A stretch of 64,000 nucleotides of DNA, taken from the NCBI RefSeq assembly GCF_004010195.1, contig NC_057719.1:23006618-23070617 (forward strand). The letters run 5' to 3'. Positions 1 to 13,386 of the stretch are shown piece by piece (the first letter of the stretch is position 1; every line of letters begins with the position of its first letter). A program made the translations under genes and the position numbers. Source of the stretch: Chiloscyllium plagiosum (taxonomy: Eukaryota). The notes beneath the pieces are model-generated. The model did no database searches, was not told where the DNA came from, and was given only the letters and a program-made list of their open reading frames with translations.

Positions 1-559
1 ACAGAAAGAGTGGTTTGTTTACAGGGCTACTGGGGATGGACCAAGGGACTGCTGGTGGGAAGACTGGTCACATTTGCTTGTGATATAGGGGCAACCTCAA
101 TGAATCTTGAGTAAATAGAGGCATCATACATACCTCAAACAATGATGTGAGCAGCTGATGACCATTCTGCTAACCACAGCCTTCTCCTTGTGTTTCTCCA
201 GTGTCTCTTGCATCGATGAATTGTTAGAGGAGGATTTGAGCTCTTCAATGTGCTGGCCCTGCAGCTTTGCCACTGCTCGAAGTTGTAAATAATACAGGAT
301 TCTAGAAAGGAGACTGTAGTATAAGTTAATGGTTCTGAGGGGATTCATGTTCACATTGCATTGGATCCACCCATTCTATTGATATCACACATAGTCTCTG
401 ATGACCCTAGCTTTAGGAGGGAGCAGATGGATCTGTAAGAGCACTCCAAAACTCCCTGTAATTATGCTTGTCCAAATGTAACTTTGCTAATTGGTAAAAT
501 GCAGCAAACCTTCCTGTTCTCTCAGAACAGTCCCTCTCCTATAGATAGTCTATGGTGAT

Positions 560-1300
560 TTATCATTATTCACCACTTAAGCCTGAAACAATGTAAAGTC
601 AAAGGAAGTTTGGTGGCAATGAGCTATCTGAAACAACCTTTACTCTGCCCCATACACTGGTACAGGTGGAAAATAGTACAGTGTACCAGAAATAGTCACC
701 TAAGAATGCCACAGGGGCCCTGGCTGTAATGCACTGACTCAGTCTCAGTGAACATAAAGTCGTTAAACTGCCCTCAGTACATTGATGGATTGCATCATCG
801 CATATCTGGCATGAATATTGTGCTTCAATAGTTGGAGACTTGGATGACTCAGTTTGCAGTGGGGTCCCAGCGTGCAATGGATATCCCTTGTTTTTAAGCA
901 GCCACTGCTAATATACTGGAGTTGAAGCTGTCAAGCTGAAACAGCATGGCAGCTTCCCAGGAACCATATTAATGATGTGGAAGTACTCATCAGTGGCAAA
1001 TGCTCTTGATTGTGCTGAAGAAGCTCTGATTGCTAAATGGACATAGTCAATATTAGTGTGCAAGATAAAATCAAATTTACATTCCCTATGACTAGCATCA
1101 TTATTGACAATAAGTACCAGCCCTAGCAAACAAGACTTCTTTTTAATATATGTGGTCTCTGAGTGGGAAATTCTCAATGTGCCTGCAGCACAACCCTGGA
1201 AGGGTAAGGAGGCAAAAAGCGATGAAAGTGGTTGAAACTTTGGCAACCAATGGTAACACATGAACACTTGGTCCAATAGCCAGTAAATCTCCTTTGAAGA
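560..1300 (-). mobile_element. Decayed PIF/Harbinger (HARBI1-like) DDE transposase remnant
   Basis: Minus-strand translation gives IDYVHLAIRA (~1052-1022; family IDCTHxAIxAP), HIINMVPGK (family ARYPGSxHD region) and QWLLKNKGYPL (~907-875; family GWLLGDxGYPL), in the expected order with frameshifts. Confidence 0.7.
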
Positions 1301-2529
1301 GGCTTCAAATGTCAGTCACCTCCTCATGTGACATTCTGAAGAATTACTCTTCTGATATAAATCGCATCCTGGTAGTGCCTCCTGTGAGCTGTACCTCTCA
1401 ACTATTTCCCTCTCGGCTGGTCCCCTCCTGTGCAATTCTGGTGCTGCTGCTGTCAATGTTCATTTTACTCTTTACTTGATATCCCAATTAAGACAACCAG
1501 AGTGCCACCAATACTAAAATGAGAGAATAAATTTACAGCAAAGTTTCTATGAATATCCTTTCTCAAGTTGAAAAAGCAGCTGTGACTATGGAGTACATAT
1601 GTCCACATTTCCACTCGATGTATTGACCTCTCTCAATTTGCATTGTGCTTTCAGCATGCTTTCACTGGAATTCAGGAAACACGTGGGCTGACATTAAACT
1701 CAAAAATCTGTGTAAATACCACTCGAATTGACCAATTAACATATGGAAATTGACAACCTGCCTGAGCCAAGGGGGTTGCTCATTTGCAATGTGAGAATGA
1801 ATGTGGAAGTTGACAGTTTCAAGCTGGTTTCCTGACATGCTTCAATTTCCCTGGATTTAACCCTTCTTGTGAAAATTCCACAGTCTCACTATAAGTTCCT
1901 TTCCCTATGTTTTATGTGTCTTGTTCTGTGTTTATAACTTAGTTATCTCATCAGCATACAAAGCATGCTGGAATTTAATAGTATATTTTATAGCTTTTTA
2001 CTAAAGGTCTGCTATAATGCATGATGATATGGAAGGAAACAGCCATCAATTCATTACACAGGTACATAATTCTAAACACTGTTATACTTACGTCCACATC
2101 GTAGGAGGAACATATAATTGCAAGGGCAACATATGCACAAGATCTTTAATTATCCCATACATAATTATCCCAGATCAATTGAAGTGGTAATTAAGACATG
2201 CCTCTTCCTGTCATTAAGTGGCAGACAACCGACTTAGCACACTGACTAAACTGTCAATGTACTGGTTCAGTTTGCCTATGTGGCACTAATCTGTAATACT
2301 GTAATATATACGTCAAAATCCATGGAGGATTCCATTTATCCAATGGAGGGTTTATGCAGCTCAAATTAAACTCCATACTTGAAGAATACAACCACATAGT
2401 CTTCATTTTCTTGGCACAAAATAGCCTAAAAAGCTCACAATACAGTGAGTGAGCAGCAGATATATATTTCTGGAACTGCGTCGGTGGCTGCTTTGGCAGC
2501 AGATGCATGTATCGGGAACATTTTGTGGA

Positions 2530-2762
2530 ATCATAGAATCCCTGCAGTGTGGAAGCAGACCAATCGACCCACTGAGTCAACACTGACCCTCTGAAGAGCA
2601 TCACACCCAGACTGAACACCTACCCTTTCCCTGTAACCCTGCATTTCCCATGGCTCATCCACCTTGCCTGCACATCTTTGGACTTTTGGAGGAAACCAGA
2701 GCACCCAGAGAGAACCCATACAAGCGTGGGGAGAATGTGCAAATACTAACCACAGTGCTGCT
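2530..2762 (-). mobile_element. HE1-type SINE, partial
   Basis: Matches the reverse complement of the intact copy at 20103-20423 (cctgcacatctttggac, ggaggaaaccagagcaccc, ggagaatgtgcaaa). Confidence 0.85.
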
Positions 2763-2950
2763 CTGGCATTTCCTGGTCAGAAGAAATTTATTTAAATTTT
2801 GGGGTCCTCTTCATTTCTTCAGGATACAGTTTTGATTTTTCATATCCCAGTGCTTCATGCACCCTCTGATATTTTCACAGATTAGAGAGGGCACTGACCA
2901 AATGGAATGCCCCCATTTTATTTGAATGAGGAGACAACAGGAACAAAAGG

Positions 2951-3635
2951 ATCATAGAGTCATAGAGATGTACAGCACAGAAACAGACACTTTGTTCCAA
3001 CTCATCCATGCCAACCAGATATCCAAACCTAATCTAGTCCCATTTGCCAGCACTTGGCCCATATCCCTCTAAACCCTTCCTATTCATATACCCATCCAGA
3101 TGCCTTTTAAATGTTGCAATCGTACTAACCTCCACAATTTCCTCTGGCAACTCATTCCATACATGTACCACTCTCTGCATGGAAAAGTTGCTCCTTAGGT
3201 TTCTTTTATATCTTTCCCCTTTCACCCTAAACCTATGCTCTCTAGTTCTGGACTCCCCCATCCTAGGGAACAATTTTTGTCTATTTATCCTATCCATGCC
3301 CCTCATAGTTTTACAAACCTCTATAAGGTAACCCCTCAGCCTTCGACACTCCAGGGAAAACTGCCCCAGCCTATTCAGCCTCTCCCTATGGCACAAATCC
3401 TCCAACTCTGGCAACAGCCTTGTAAATCTTTTCTGAATCTTTTCAAGTTTCACAACATCATTCCAATAGGAAGGAGACCAGAATTCCAACAGTGTCCTGT
3501 ACAGCCACAACATGACCTCCCAACACCTATAATCAATGGTCTGAACAATGAAGGAAGGCATATCGAATGCCTTCTTCACTATCCTATCTACCTGCGACTC
3601 CACTTTCAAGGAGTTATGAACTTACACTCCAAGTC
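2951..3635 (-). mobile_element. CR1/HER1-type LINE 3' fragment
   Basis: ORF 3034-3609 is a CR1 ORF2 C-terminus (LEKIQKRFTRLLP, SLECRRLRG, WNELPEEIV), followed by a 3' UTR and (CTCTATGA)n tail. Confidence 0.92.
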
Positions 3636-5403
3636 TTTCCTGATATGACACTAAAAGACCACAGAGTGCTTACCTCCACATTGGCCAGTGTTACCTACCT
3701 TCATGCCAGAAATGCATTTTGACCCAAGCACTCATCCTTTCTCAGTCTGGGGATCTGAATCATTCTTCCTTCCTGCCCAAAGCCCATTTGCAATTATTTT
3801 CCAGGCTCAGACATGATTATTTACTTCTCTGAATGCAATGAAAATTGTTCACCTTCCCCAACCTGATACCCCACTGCCCATCCCTTACCAGTTTAAACCA
3901 CAATTTTTAACACTTATTGCCTCACATATGACAGATTGAGGCCTGCTCATCCCTAGCCCCAGTCCAAGGCTCTTTGTTTGATGGAATGCTCGGTTGATCT
4001 CCAATACATCCATATCTTCATTCAAATTTTTGATATGCTTTTGCAATTATTTGATGCAACAACCTTAATCCTTGTGGTACTCCATTTTTCACATCTTGCC
4101 AACCCAAATTGACCCCTTAATGTTGACACTGTTTCCTTTCAGTAAGCAATCCTTTAACCAGGGTGCTTGGTGTTTCAGAGACTAGGCTGGTGGCAGCCTA
4201 CATTAATATTGTTCAGTGTGCTGTAAAATGACAAAACCGTATCTGCCCTTTAATGGCTTCAACCTTCCCTTTAATGACCATTAGTTAGGTCTGGGTTAAC
4301 TCCTTCAAAATTGATGATGTGGCTAGTCCAACTAATTTTTGTGGACAACATAGAGCACAACTTAATTTTTTTGGTCCTAACAATCAGGCTGAAAAAATGG
4401 TCTTCCACTAAAATTTGACATAAAGTTAGAAGTGAGTCTACACACAATTCATGCAAAGACAATGGTCAACATTTTGGAAAGTTGAACTTCAAGCTGTAAA
4501 CTACACATGTCAAACCAATTGGACTAAAAATGGTTAGGTATATAAAATGGTCTATCAATTCACTGCCACCTGTTAAAGTCACAATCACCTAAAATCAAAA
4601 TCTTTGTATCTGATAATAAAATCTGAATTAGCCTTACTGTTATATCTTCCCAGTATTTAATTATAGCATGGCTGTTGACAATAAAATATGCTACTGTGTG
4701 ATTAAGAGAAAAGACAAACATCTATACACTTTTTTTTGGTTCTTTAATGTTTTGCCTTGTTTGTAAACACAATAAAAATAAACCGACTTCCAACAGAACA
4801 CAATTCAATGTAAATTTTGAATAAATATGATTTTAATTTATTTGACAATCCTAAATCAATATTCTCCAACAAACCCACAGAAGGCAAATGCTTACTTATT
4901 TGCTATAAAATCAACATTACTTCCTTTCTCTTCATTTCTCTGCCAGTCTCACTGAGAAAATAAGTGCACCAATTACCATTTACAGCCAGGAGGAGCACAA
5001 AGCCAGAGTACGCTTTGCATTAATTATCACCTTCATGCACGGATTGTAGATTATATTATTACTGCACAATATGCTGTATGCTTTAACTCTTCCTGACAGG
5101 CTACTAATCACGAGCAAAGTCATCTGTTATCTCTTTCTGCCTTGTCTCTGAGCTACTCAAGTCAACAGCCTACCATCAACATTTATTTTCTAGTGCACTA
5201 AATTAGAACTGCAACCAAAAGCATATAAATATGTTTAAAGACTGTCAATGATAACAATTTTTAATCTAATAAGACATTTTTCACTGTCTTAGTTCAAAAA
5301 TTCAGTTTTCTTTCATAATGAGGTGACACACCATTGAAATATTAGTGTTAGTTCATTGACTGAATAAACAAATCTCATTCCTGTTTCAAATGATTCCATT
5401 TGA

Positions 5404-5690
5404 GGTAACATGGTGGCTCAATGGTTAACAATATTGCCTCAAAATGCCAGGGACCTGAGTTTGATGCTAGCCTTGGGTGACTGTCTGTCTGGAGGTTGCA
5501 CATTCTCTGCATGGGTTTCTGGTGAGTGCTGTGCTCCTCAAACCAAAGGTGAACAGGTCAGGTGAATTGGCCAAGCTAAATTGTCTCTGGGTCTTCAGGT
5601 TTGTGTACGCCAAGTGAATTGGATATGGTAGGGTTCTGGGTGTGATGTTTTTTGGAGGGTCAGCGCAGACTTGATGGGCTGAATGGCAAG
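5404..5690 (+). mobile_element. HE1-type SINE, diverged
   Basis: tRNA-like head (catggtggctcaatggtt ... gggacctgagttt) and body ggtgaattggccaagctaaattg. Confidence 0.8.
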
Positions 5691-5714
5691 TGTTAGATGG
5701 TTTGTGTAATATGG

Positions 5715-6112
5715 AAAGGCTGGGATTTTTTCCCCCTGGAGCATCGGAGGCTAGGGGTGAACTTATCAAGGTTTATAACATCATGGGGGCATGGATAGGG
5801 AGAATGGCCAAGGTCTTTTCCCCAGGTAGGAGAGTCCAAAACTAGATGGTATAGCTTTAAAGTGAGAGGGAAATTTTTAAAAAAGGAAATGAGGGTTGTT
5901 TTTTCACACAGAGAGGTCCGTGTATGAAACGAGCTGCCAGAGGAAGTGGTGGAGGCAGAAACAATTACATTTAAGAGGATTCTGGATGAGTAAATGAATA
6001 GGAAGGGATATGGACCAAATGCTGGCAATGGGACTGGATCATTGGAATGTCTGCATAGCGCAAACGAGTTGGAACGAAGGGCCTGTTTCTGCGCTGCATG
6101 ATTCTCTGACTG
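5715..6112 (+). mobile_element. CR1/HER1-type LINE 3' fragment
   Basis: aggctgggatttt ... gagctgccagaggaagtggtggagg ... gaagggcctgtttc, as in the other CR1 copies. Confidence 0.9.
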
Positions 6113-7339
6113 TGCATTTTCTGAAAATAGTCTATAGTAGTGTGTCATCTATCACTAATCACTAGATAGACCCCAACAGCAAAGCACAGACAAAGGAGGA
6201 TTGTTTGCAGTGAACTACTTCAGACAACCTTCAACACCTTGTACTCTATACAGGGTGATTCACTGGTAGAGATGGCAACCGGTCCAGGGTACCAATGGTA
6301 TTCATTTAAGAAAATAGGCTGCAGTGGTGTAAATATGATCCCCACCATAAGCAGTGGAAATGCAGGATATTCAGACAAATAGAAAAGAAATCAAGCAAGT
6401 GAGGTTACCACTTTAAGATCATTGCCACTTTAAGAAGTCATGGATAATTATTCAGCAATTGAAATGTGATTGCCAATAGAGAGTGATAGCAACAGCTGTG
6501 GTAGCAGTAAAAATATAAAACTGAATTCAGACATTGGTTAGTAGTGTGAGGGCAAGAATATAGGCTAAGAAAAAAATAGAATAGCCAGTTACACTTAGAG
6601 CAAACATTAGAAATTAAACTGTACAAGGTTGCTCTAAGGCTTCAGGAGGTGAAGTTAAAGATTCCAGAAGGAAAAGGGAATAACTTCAAATAATTGTAAA
6701 AACCAGAAAGGGAAGACAAGGGATTGTAAGAGAGAGATCTTACATCTCATAGAAAACATCATTACCATCAATTTAGGCTCATGAGACTGCAAAAGACAAT
6801 GATTGGGCCAGAAAAGAGGTTACGAAATCAGGAAGGCTTCAGAATTTATTTTAGAGGTAAATGAGCAAATTTAAACATATCTAGGAAAGTAGACTGATAG
6901 AAGAAGAAAAATCAGTAAAATCTAAAGCCTTAGCAGTGCTGGGACTCAATATTAAGCTGCAAACTTTCAGGGAGTTTATAATGTCTTCAGAGAACTTTAT
7001 TTCAAATTTGTGAAAGGTATTAAAACATCTTTTTTGCATGCCAAGAAGTAGAATAATTCCAGGTTTGCAGCAGATGCTAGGAAAACATTATAAGAATTGG
7101 ATAGTTACAATATATATAGTTCAAAAAGGTGGGAAACCTAGGAACCTACAGTTCAAAGACACAGTATTACAAAGAAATAGACTTAAATAGCTCACAAGCA
7201 CTAATGAATAGCCAGTAGTACAATTTAAAGTTTGATTAAAGAACTCAATTTGGTAATACAGAAATACAAACTTTCAAGAAAACTTGGCCAATAGAGAAGA
7301 TAATGCAACATTGCTATTGTATATAATATAGCAAGCTCT

Positions 7340-7500
7340 TTTAGTTTATTCACTCATGGGATGTGGGTGTTGCTGACTGGCTGGTATTTATTGCTTGTCC
7401 TTAATTGCCCTTGTGAAGATGGTGGTGACCTGCCACCTTGAATTGCTGCTAGGTAGATCCACAATGCTATTCAGGAGGGAATTCTAGGTATTGACTGAGG
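7340..7500 (-). mobile_element. L2/CR1-like LINE 3' tail
   Basis: ttattcactcatgggatgtggg ... gaagatggtggtga is the reverse complement of the tail at ~13000-13085. Confidence 0.7.
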
Positions 7501-7624
7501 TTACAACTGCATTGGTCATAACAAGTTTGTAGAACAACTGAATAAAGAAAAAGATTGAAATGTTCCCTATTTAAAATACCTACATATTAATATGATTAAT
7601 CAGCATGTTAAAAATCCCTGAATC

Positions 7625-8235
7625 TCAGAATTGTTACATTACAGAAGGAAGCAATTTAGCCTGTCGTGTTTTCATTTGCTGTCTGAATATTTTAACAGTG
7701 TCAATCTTCTGCCTTTTCCATGTAACCTTACACATTGTTTCCACTTAAATAATCACCCAATTCCCTCTTGAATCCCTCAATTGGACCTGCCTTCAGGAAA
7801 CTTGCAGGCAGTGCATTTTATACCCTAACTACTAATTGTGTGAAAAGGTTTTTCTTTCACTTCGCACTTGCTTCTTTTTCAACATACTTTATAAAACTGT
7901 GCTTTCTGGTTCTCTTTCTATTTATGAGCGCAAACAGTTTCTCCCTGTGTGCTCTGTCCAGACCCCACACAATTTTAAAACCTTGTTCAAATCACCTCTT
8001 GTCCTACTGCCCCTGGAGTACAAGTTTAACTTCTGCAGTTTTGTCTATAATTAAAGTGTCTCACACACTAGAACAATTCTCAGAAATCTCTTCTGAATGG
8101 TCTCCAATGCACTCACAACATTTTCAGTATGTCACCAGGAACTGTATTTAATACTCCAGTCAAACCATAGTCTAATGTAAGTTCATTGTAGCCCCCTGGC
8201 TCTTGTGTTCTGTGCTTCCATTAACAAAATCTGGA
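7625..8235 (-). mobile_element. Older CR1-like LINE 3' fragment
   Basis: Reverse-strand CR1 3' signatures (tgtgtgaaaaggttttt, ctgtccagacccc, atcacctctt). Confidence 0.7.
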
Positions 8236-9134
8236 AGAAATGAGGAAAAAAAACAATATTTCTTAGCAGATTTAAGAATAAGGAAGGACCATATGGAATA
8301 CAGGGTTGGACGTCATAGAAGTGACAGTTCTTGAGACACAGCATCGCTTCAGAAAGACTAAGTTTAAAGCCAATCAAATCAACAAACTACTATATTCAAT
8401 GTGTTATTAATAGATGTCTCACTGTGAACAATAAAAACACTTGACAATGTCCTAAAAGCTTTTGATAATTACTTCAATTTAAATAGAAATTTTAAAAATA
8501 GAAAATGCAATAAACTGCAAATTAAGTCAAGAACCTATTTTAAATATGCTACAAAGTGTTTTTCCTTACCATAAAAGTTGCAGGCCTTATAAATCTCCAC
8601 CTGGAAAAAGATGTTGGCAACAATTCTACCACATAGTTAATAAGCAGTGGTAAAGGTTCAACTTACAACGTGATGGCAATTGGTGTGGATTTCATTTAAC
8701 ATGATTGATGAAATATAGTTCTAAAGATTTTATCAGACATAGCTTTAAGAAAACTACGCGTGCAGACAGTCAGCAGCTGGAAGCACTGAACATCTGAGAA
8801 CCCTACAGCTGGCAGCAAAATTCAACATGGCAGAATCTACAGTCAATAGCAAAAACCATTTAGACCCAGTGTGAGACACGCAGGAGCAAGAGTGATCTAG
8901 GAAATCCCTGAATCTAGAGCATTAGTCACACCATTTGGAGGTGGTAGCTTTATAGAATGCATTGAATGCATTCAAGATCAGTCTTGAATCAAAATTTAGG
9001 CAGACAGCAAATAGACATTATTGTTCCATATGTAAATTTCTGGTGTGCAAGGGAAAGTTTAAACTCTCCAGTTTAGCAGGTGAGAAAAGCAAAGTAAGAG
9101 AAGCACTAACTGTTTAGGTTGCTATGTTGGCGAT

Positions 9135-9552
9135 ACTCAATCAAGCACCTCAAGAGGGCCTTGAGGCTGTTCTTGTTAGAGAGAAGAAGGTTGAAAGGTG
9201 ACTTAATAGAGACATACAAGATAGTCAGAGGGTTAGATAGGCTCTCCCTGCCCACCCTTTTTCCAAGTATGGGGACGGCAAACATGAGGGGACACAACTT
9301 TAAAGTGAGGGGAGATAGGTATAAGACAGATGTCAAAGGTAGTTTCTTTACTCAGAGTAGTAAGGGTATGGGATGCTTTGCCTTCAACGGTAGTAGATTC
9401 GCCAAGTTTAAGTATATTTAAGTCGTCATTGGACAGGCATATGGACATACACGGAATAGTGCAGGTGGGATGGGCTTCAGATTAGTATGACAGGGCGGCG
9501 CAATATCGAAGGCCGAAGGGCCTGTACTGAGCTATAATGTTCTATGTTCTAA
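9135..9552 (+). mobile_element. CR1/HER1-type LINE 3' fragment
   Basis: ORF 9119-9421 (LERRRLKGDLIETYKIVRGLDR, RGHNFKV) and a ttctatgttcta tail. Confidence 0.9.
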
Positions 9553-12074
9553 GACACAACTCAGAAGCAATTTTAAATAAGATCGGAAACCAAGAAAAGT
9601 CATCAAGCCAGAATGAAAATGGTAAAGAGGCAATTTAGAAGTTTAAGTAGACAAAGTCTCTAACAAGGAAAAAAAAATGTTGCAAAATGATTAAGGATCC
9701 AGAAAAGGCAAAAGGTACGTGAATTAAACTACAGTAAAAGCAGGAAATTTTCATATAAACAGTTCATGAAGTGAATGCTCCATGAATTAAAAAAAGGAAA
9801 AGGAATCGGGATTTGTATTTAGAGCCACAGGCACTGAGAATCATGTAACAAAAATATGTTAGAGGAATGGGATTCACTTTATGGAATCATGAAAACCAGA
9901 ATTAACTTGAAAATAATATTAAGTAAATGGGAATCATTGCTAAACATGTAGAGAGCATGATTCATTCAGAAAAGCCATAAAGAGACCAACATCAATTGTT
10001 AAGGCTCTGAAAAGGATTCATCTAGAGAAGTCACAAAAGTGATGGAATCATTCATCATTCAGAACAGTGAGAAAAGTTTTGGGTGCAAAAGTATACAGTA
10101 CCAATATTGTAATGCTGCAGAAATTAAAATCCTCGAAATAGTGGAATAGTTATCATATTAGGAAGACAAGGCAGCAGAAATAATATTACCAGAAAAGCTT
10201 AATTTACTTTCAGAGATAAGCCAATTAACATTCAGAGTTGGACGTCTAAAAGAAAGTAATTCTTAAGATAAGGAATTGTTTCCAAACTCAATATTAATTC
10301 AGAAGTTGGAAAAGTCAAACTCGATATTAATTCAGAAGCTGGACAAGTAAATGTATTTTTGCATACAATTGAGCATTTATAAAAATACTTTATAGCTCAC
10401 TAAGGTATAAAATAATTAAAAGTTACTTCAGATAAAGTTTCAAAAGTTTTTAACAATTACTTTAACCTCAGTACTGGTCGAATTTTGAAAAAGGAAGATA
10501 CAACAAAAGAGTTGAACATCAAAGTGAATCCATAAATGCTTTCATTAATGTGACAATGGAGATTTAAGATCAGAGCGAAGAGAGAAAATTATTGTTGGAA
10601 TTGCTGAAGGGTCTTTGTCAGATTTACTCCTACCAAAATAGGTTTGCATTCAAGAGATAGGTATTTTCATGGGACTTGAGCAGACATTCAGAAGCAACAC
10701 AGATCAGCCCTAAGAAAATAGTACTAACCTTTTCACAGGGAAGAGCACAATGTATTTTTCTTCAGGTATAAAATCCCTTTGGACGTATGAGAAACAAGTA
10801 TGGTGATTATAACAGGAACCACATTACAACAGTGTTGTCAATCTGTACAGCATGACCTCACAGGAAAAAAAAATGTCCTGCTTTAGAAAGGGAGTCTTTG
10901 ATCTGTAAATCAACAGGTCTCTTTCAGAAAATGAGCTGATATAAGAATACAAGTTAAGCAACAGGTTGAACTAAAGAATCTTCTTGCATATGTAATAAAA
11001 ATGGAAAACTGATGTTCAACTTTCATCATCTGATTCTAATATCTGAGAACTTCATTAAGTTAAGATGATTTTAAAAAGGCAAATATTGACTTAAAATAGC
11101 AGTTTTCTTCATATGACCAGCTTGAGCCAAGCACACAAAACCATCAGTGACCAAAATCAGTCTGAGCCAAATTTAGTACTATTGGAAAAGGCACTAGAAC
11201 TCAAATCAATATCTCCCAATTGGTTCACACCTTTCTAGCAGTTAGTCATTAAGATGAAAGGTTGCCTGCAGAGTATTCAGGTTGGAACAACTCTAAACAG
11301 AATACCTCGATAGACATTGATCAACAGCGGCTTCAGGGCTAAAGGACCAGGATAATATGGATTTGTTAGCAAGAGCAAGACAGTCTCCCTGCCTGCCTTT
11401 CTCACTCATTAAGCTAAAATGCTATTGTCCAGTGAGATAAAGCAACCCTTCAAATGAAACCTCAAAATATCTACATATGTCACCACAGCTGAGGAACCAG
11501 GACAACTGCTAAATAGTTGGGACTCAGGTTTCATTTTCACAACTGAAGAATTCTGAGAAATTCAAACCTCAATTATCTTTACTTCCTATCTGTACTAGAT
11601 ACCCTTCACTGCATCTTTGCCAGCTTACTATCCATTTTTGTCAATGTATTTCTTATTTTTCTTGGGTTTAGTAGACAATAGAACTCCCTTTTCTTCCACC
11701 TGAGAAAATATTGGAATTGGTTCACCTTCATTTTTATCCAGTTACTAAGTTTATTTGAAATGTGATAGCTCAGGCTAAAAAAAAATCAAAACCTTTAATG
11801 GGACTGACCAACAGATACTTAAGATAACAGTTTACACACTTCAGCGCAGATTTACCATCCGATTGGGAATAATAATCTGCTGACATAGGGTGAAGGTGAA
11901 ATGCATACAATTCTCTGGAAGACATGACAGAAACAGATGACCAATGACCACAAAGTCAGGTTGCAATCAAGAAAACAAATACCTGCTTTGGAGATCCAGG
12001 ATACTGTCAAAAATAAAAAAAGAATTGCCAGGTCCAAATACTGCAAAAAGGAAAGTTCCTGTTTGACATGAGTT

Positions 12075-12295
12075 TTGTAAACTTTGATCAAATCTCCCAT
12101 CTTACACCTCTCTAATGAAAACAGAACTGACATCTTAAAGCTTTCCTCAAAACTGAAGGGTTTCATTCTTGGACGTGTTTTCAGAAATCTCTCTGGACTC
12201 TCTCCAATCCATTCACATTCTTCCTACAGTATAACATGCAGAACTGTACACAATATTTCAGCTGAGGTGTAGCCAAAGTCTTATGTATGTTTGTT
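12075..12295 (-). mobile_element. CR1-like LINE fragment
   Basis: ORF 11852-12166 begins with the CR1 motif FSLERCKMGDLIKVYK. Confidence 0.7.
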
Positions 12296-12339
12296 ACATT
12301 ATCATTGAGTAGAAACTCAACTGGATTTACCATATAAAC

Positions 12340-13085
12340 ACAATGGCTAAAAGAGCAGGTCAGAGGCTAGTCTGTTGGTGAGTCTCCAGAGCCTGTCTCT
12401 TATATACAAGGAGAAAGTGAGGACTGCAGATGCTACAGATAAGAGCTGATAATGTGTTGCAGGAGGGCTCATGCCCGAAACGTCGATTCTCCTGCTCCTT
12501 GGATGCTGCTTGACCTGCTGCGCTTTTCCAGCAACACATTATCAGCTCTTTATACAAGGCACAAGTCAGGAGTGTGATGGAATACTCCACTCTGCCTGGA
12601 CAAGTGCAGTCAAGAAACTTGACACCATCCAGAACAACAACAGTTAAGAAACTTGACACCATCCAGAACAAAGCAGCTCAATTGATTAGCATCATACCCA
12701 CAAATACCCTCTCCTTCCACCACTGACACCCAGTAGCAGCAGTGTGTAATATATATAGAATGCAAAGTAGAAATTCACCAAAGATCCTCAGGCAACACAT
12801 TCCAAACACATGATCCCTTCCATCTAGAAGGATAAGGGAAGCAGATACATGGGAGGATCACCACCTGCAAGTTCCCCTCCAAGCCACTCACCATCCTGAC
12901 TTGAACATAATTTCTTCAGTATCACTTGGTCAAAATCCTGGAATTCTGTCCTGAGTGGCATTATGGGTCAATCCACAACTATGGACTGCAGCGATTCAAG
13001 ATGGCAGCTCACCACCATCTTCTCAATGGCAACTGGGGACAACAATATATGCCCAGCAACAGCACCCACATCTCATGAGTGAATA
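12340..13085 (+). mobile_element. L2/CR1-like LINE 3' fragment, interrupted by a hairpin insertion
   Basis: tacaaggcacaagtcaggagtgtgatggaatac encodes YKAQVRSVMEY; 3' end gcagctcaccaccatcttctc ... cacatctcatgagtgaata. Confidence 0.8.
12412..12550. mobile_element. Penelope-like terminal fold-back insertion (family A, copy 1)
   Basis: Inverted arms agagctgataatgtgttgc / gcaacacattatcagctct. Partial hammerhead gggctcatgcccGAAACGTC. Flanking duplication tatacaagg at 12403-12411 and 12551-12559. Confidence 0.8.
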
Positions 13086-13241
13086 GATGAAATTACAATA
13101 TTTCCATGTGCAGGTGGACAAGGAATATGTCTGTAAAGTCTTGATGCTGGTACAGCATTAGTTTAGCACTATTTCAACTGAGGCATTTTGTAACCAAGCC
13201 TCATTATTTTAAACTGCCTTAACAATTTTACAGGAACTTAC

Positions 13242-13313
13242 AGGAAGAATTAATTTGTTTCCCGAGCTGAAGTGATTGCGTGTACTAAAGGCAGCATTCT
13301 TCCCATTCACCAT
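13242..13313 (-). CDS. Candidate first coding exon of an unidentified gene (MVNGKNAAFSTRNHFSSGNKLILP)
   Basis: aaaATGg Kozak context at 13313, 24 open codons ending at a phase-0 GTAAGT donor (13241-13236), non-repetitive context, ~75 bp downstream of X-boxes. No downstream exon identified. Confidence 0.35.
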
Positions 13314-13386
13314 TTTCCTATCCCACTGAGTATTTCAATTACACTGGGCTTTCTGAGCCGCTTGTAAAAATACTCAGATTTTTTTA

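Larger units (their letters stand above)
6400..11500 (+). mobile_element. Highly decayed Ty3/Gypsy-like internal region, interrupted by younger LINEs
   Basis: A-rich + strand. RPYKSP at ~8582 (RT start-like), LEVVAL*NALNAFKISLESKFRQTANRH at ~8935-9018 (RNase H LExLAxxWALxxFxxYLxGxxF..TDH-like) and VFVRFTPTKIGLHSRDRYF at 10611-10667 (integrase RFGxPxxLHSDQG-like). The order is RT-RH-IN. Boundaries are uncertain. Confidence 0.45.

Noticed and set aside
124..354. ORF ending near a GAG|GTATGT donor on the minus strand
   Set aside because: No recognisable protein or clear acceptor; adjacent to the Harbinger fossil and probably part of it.
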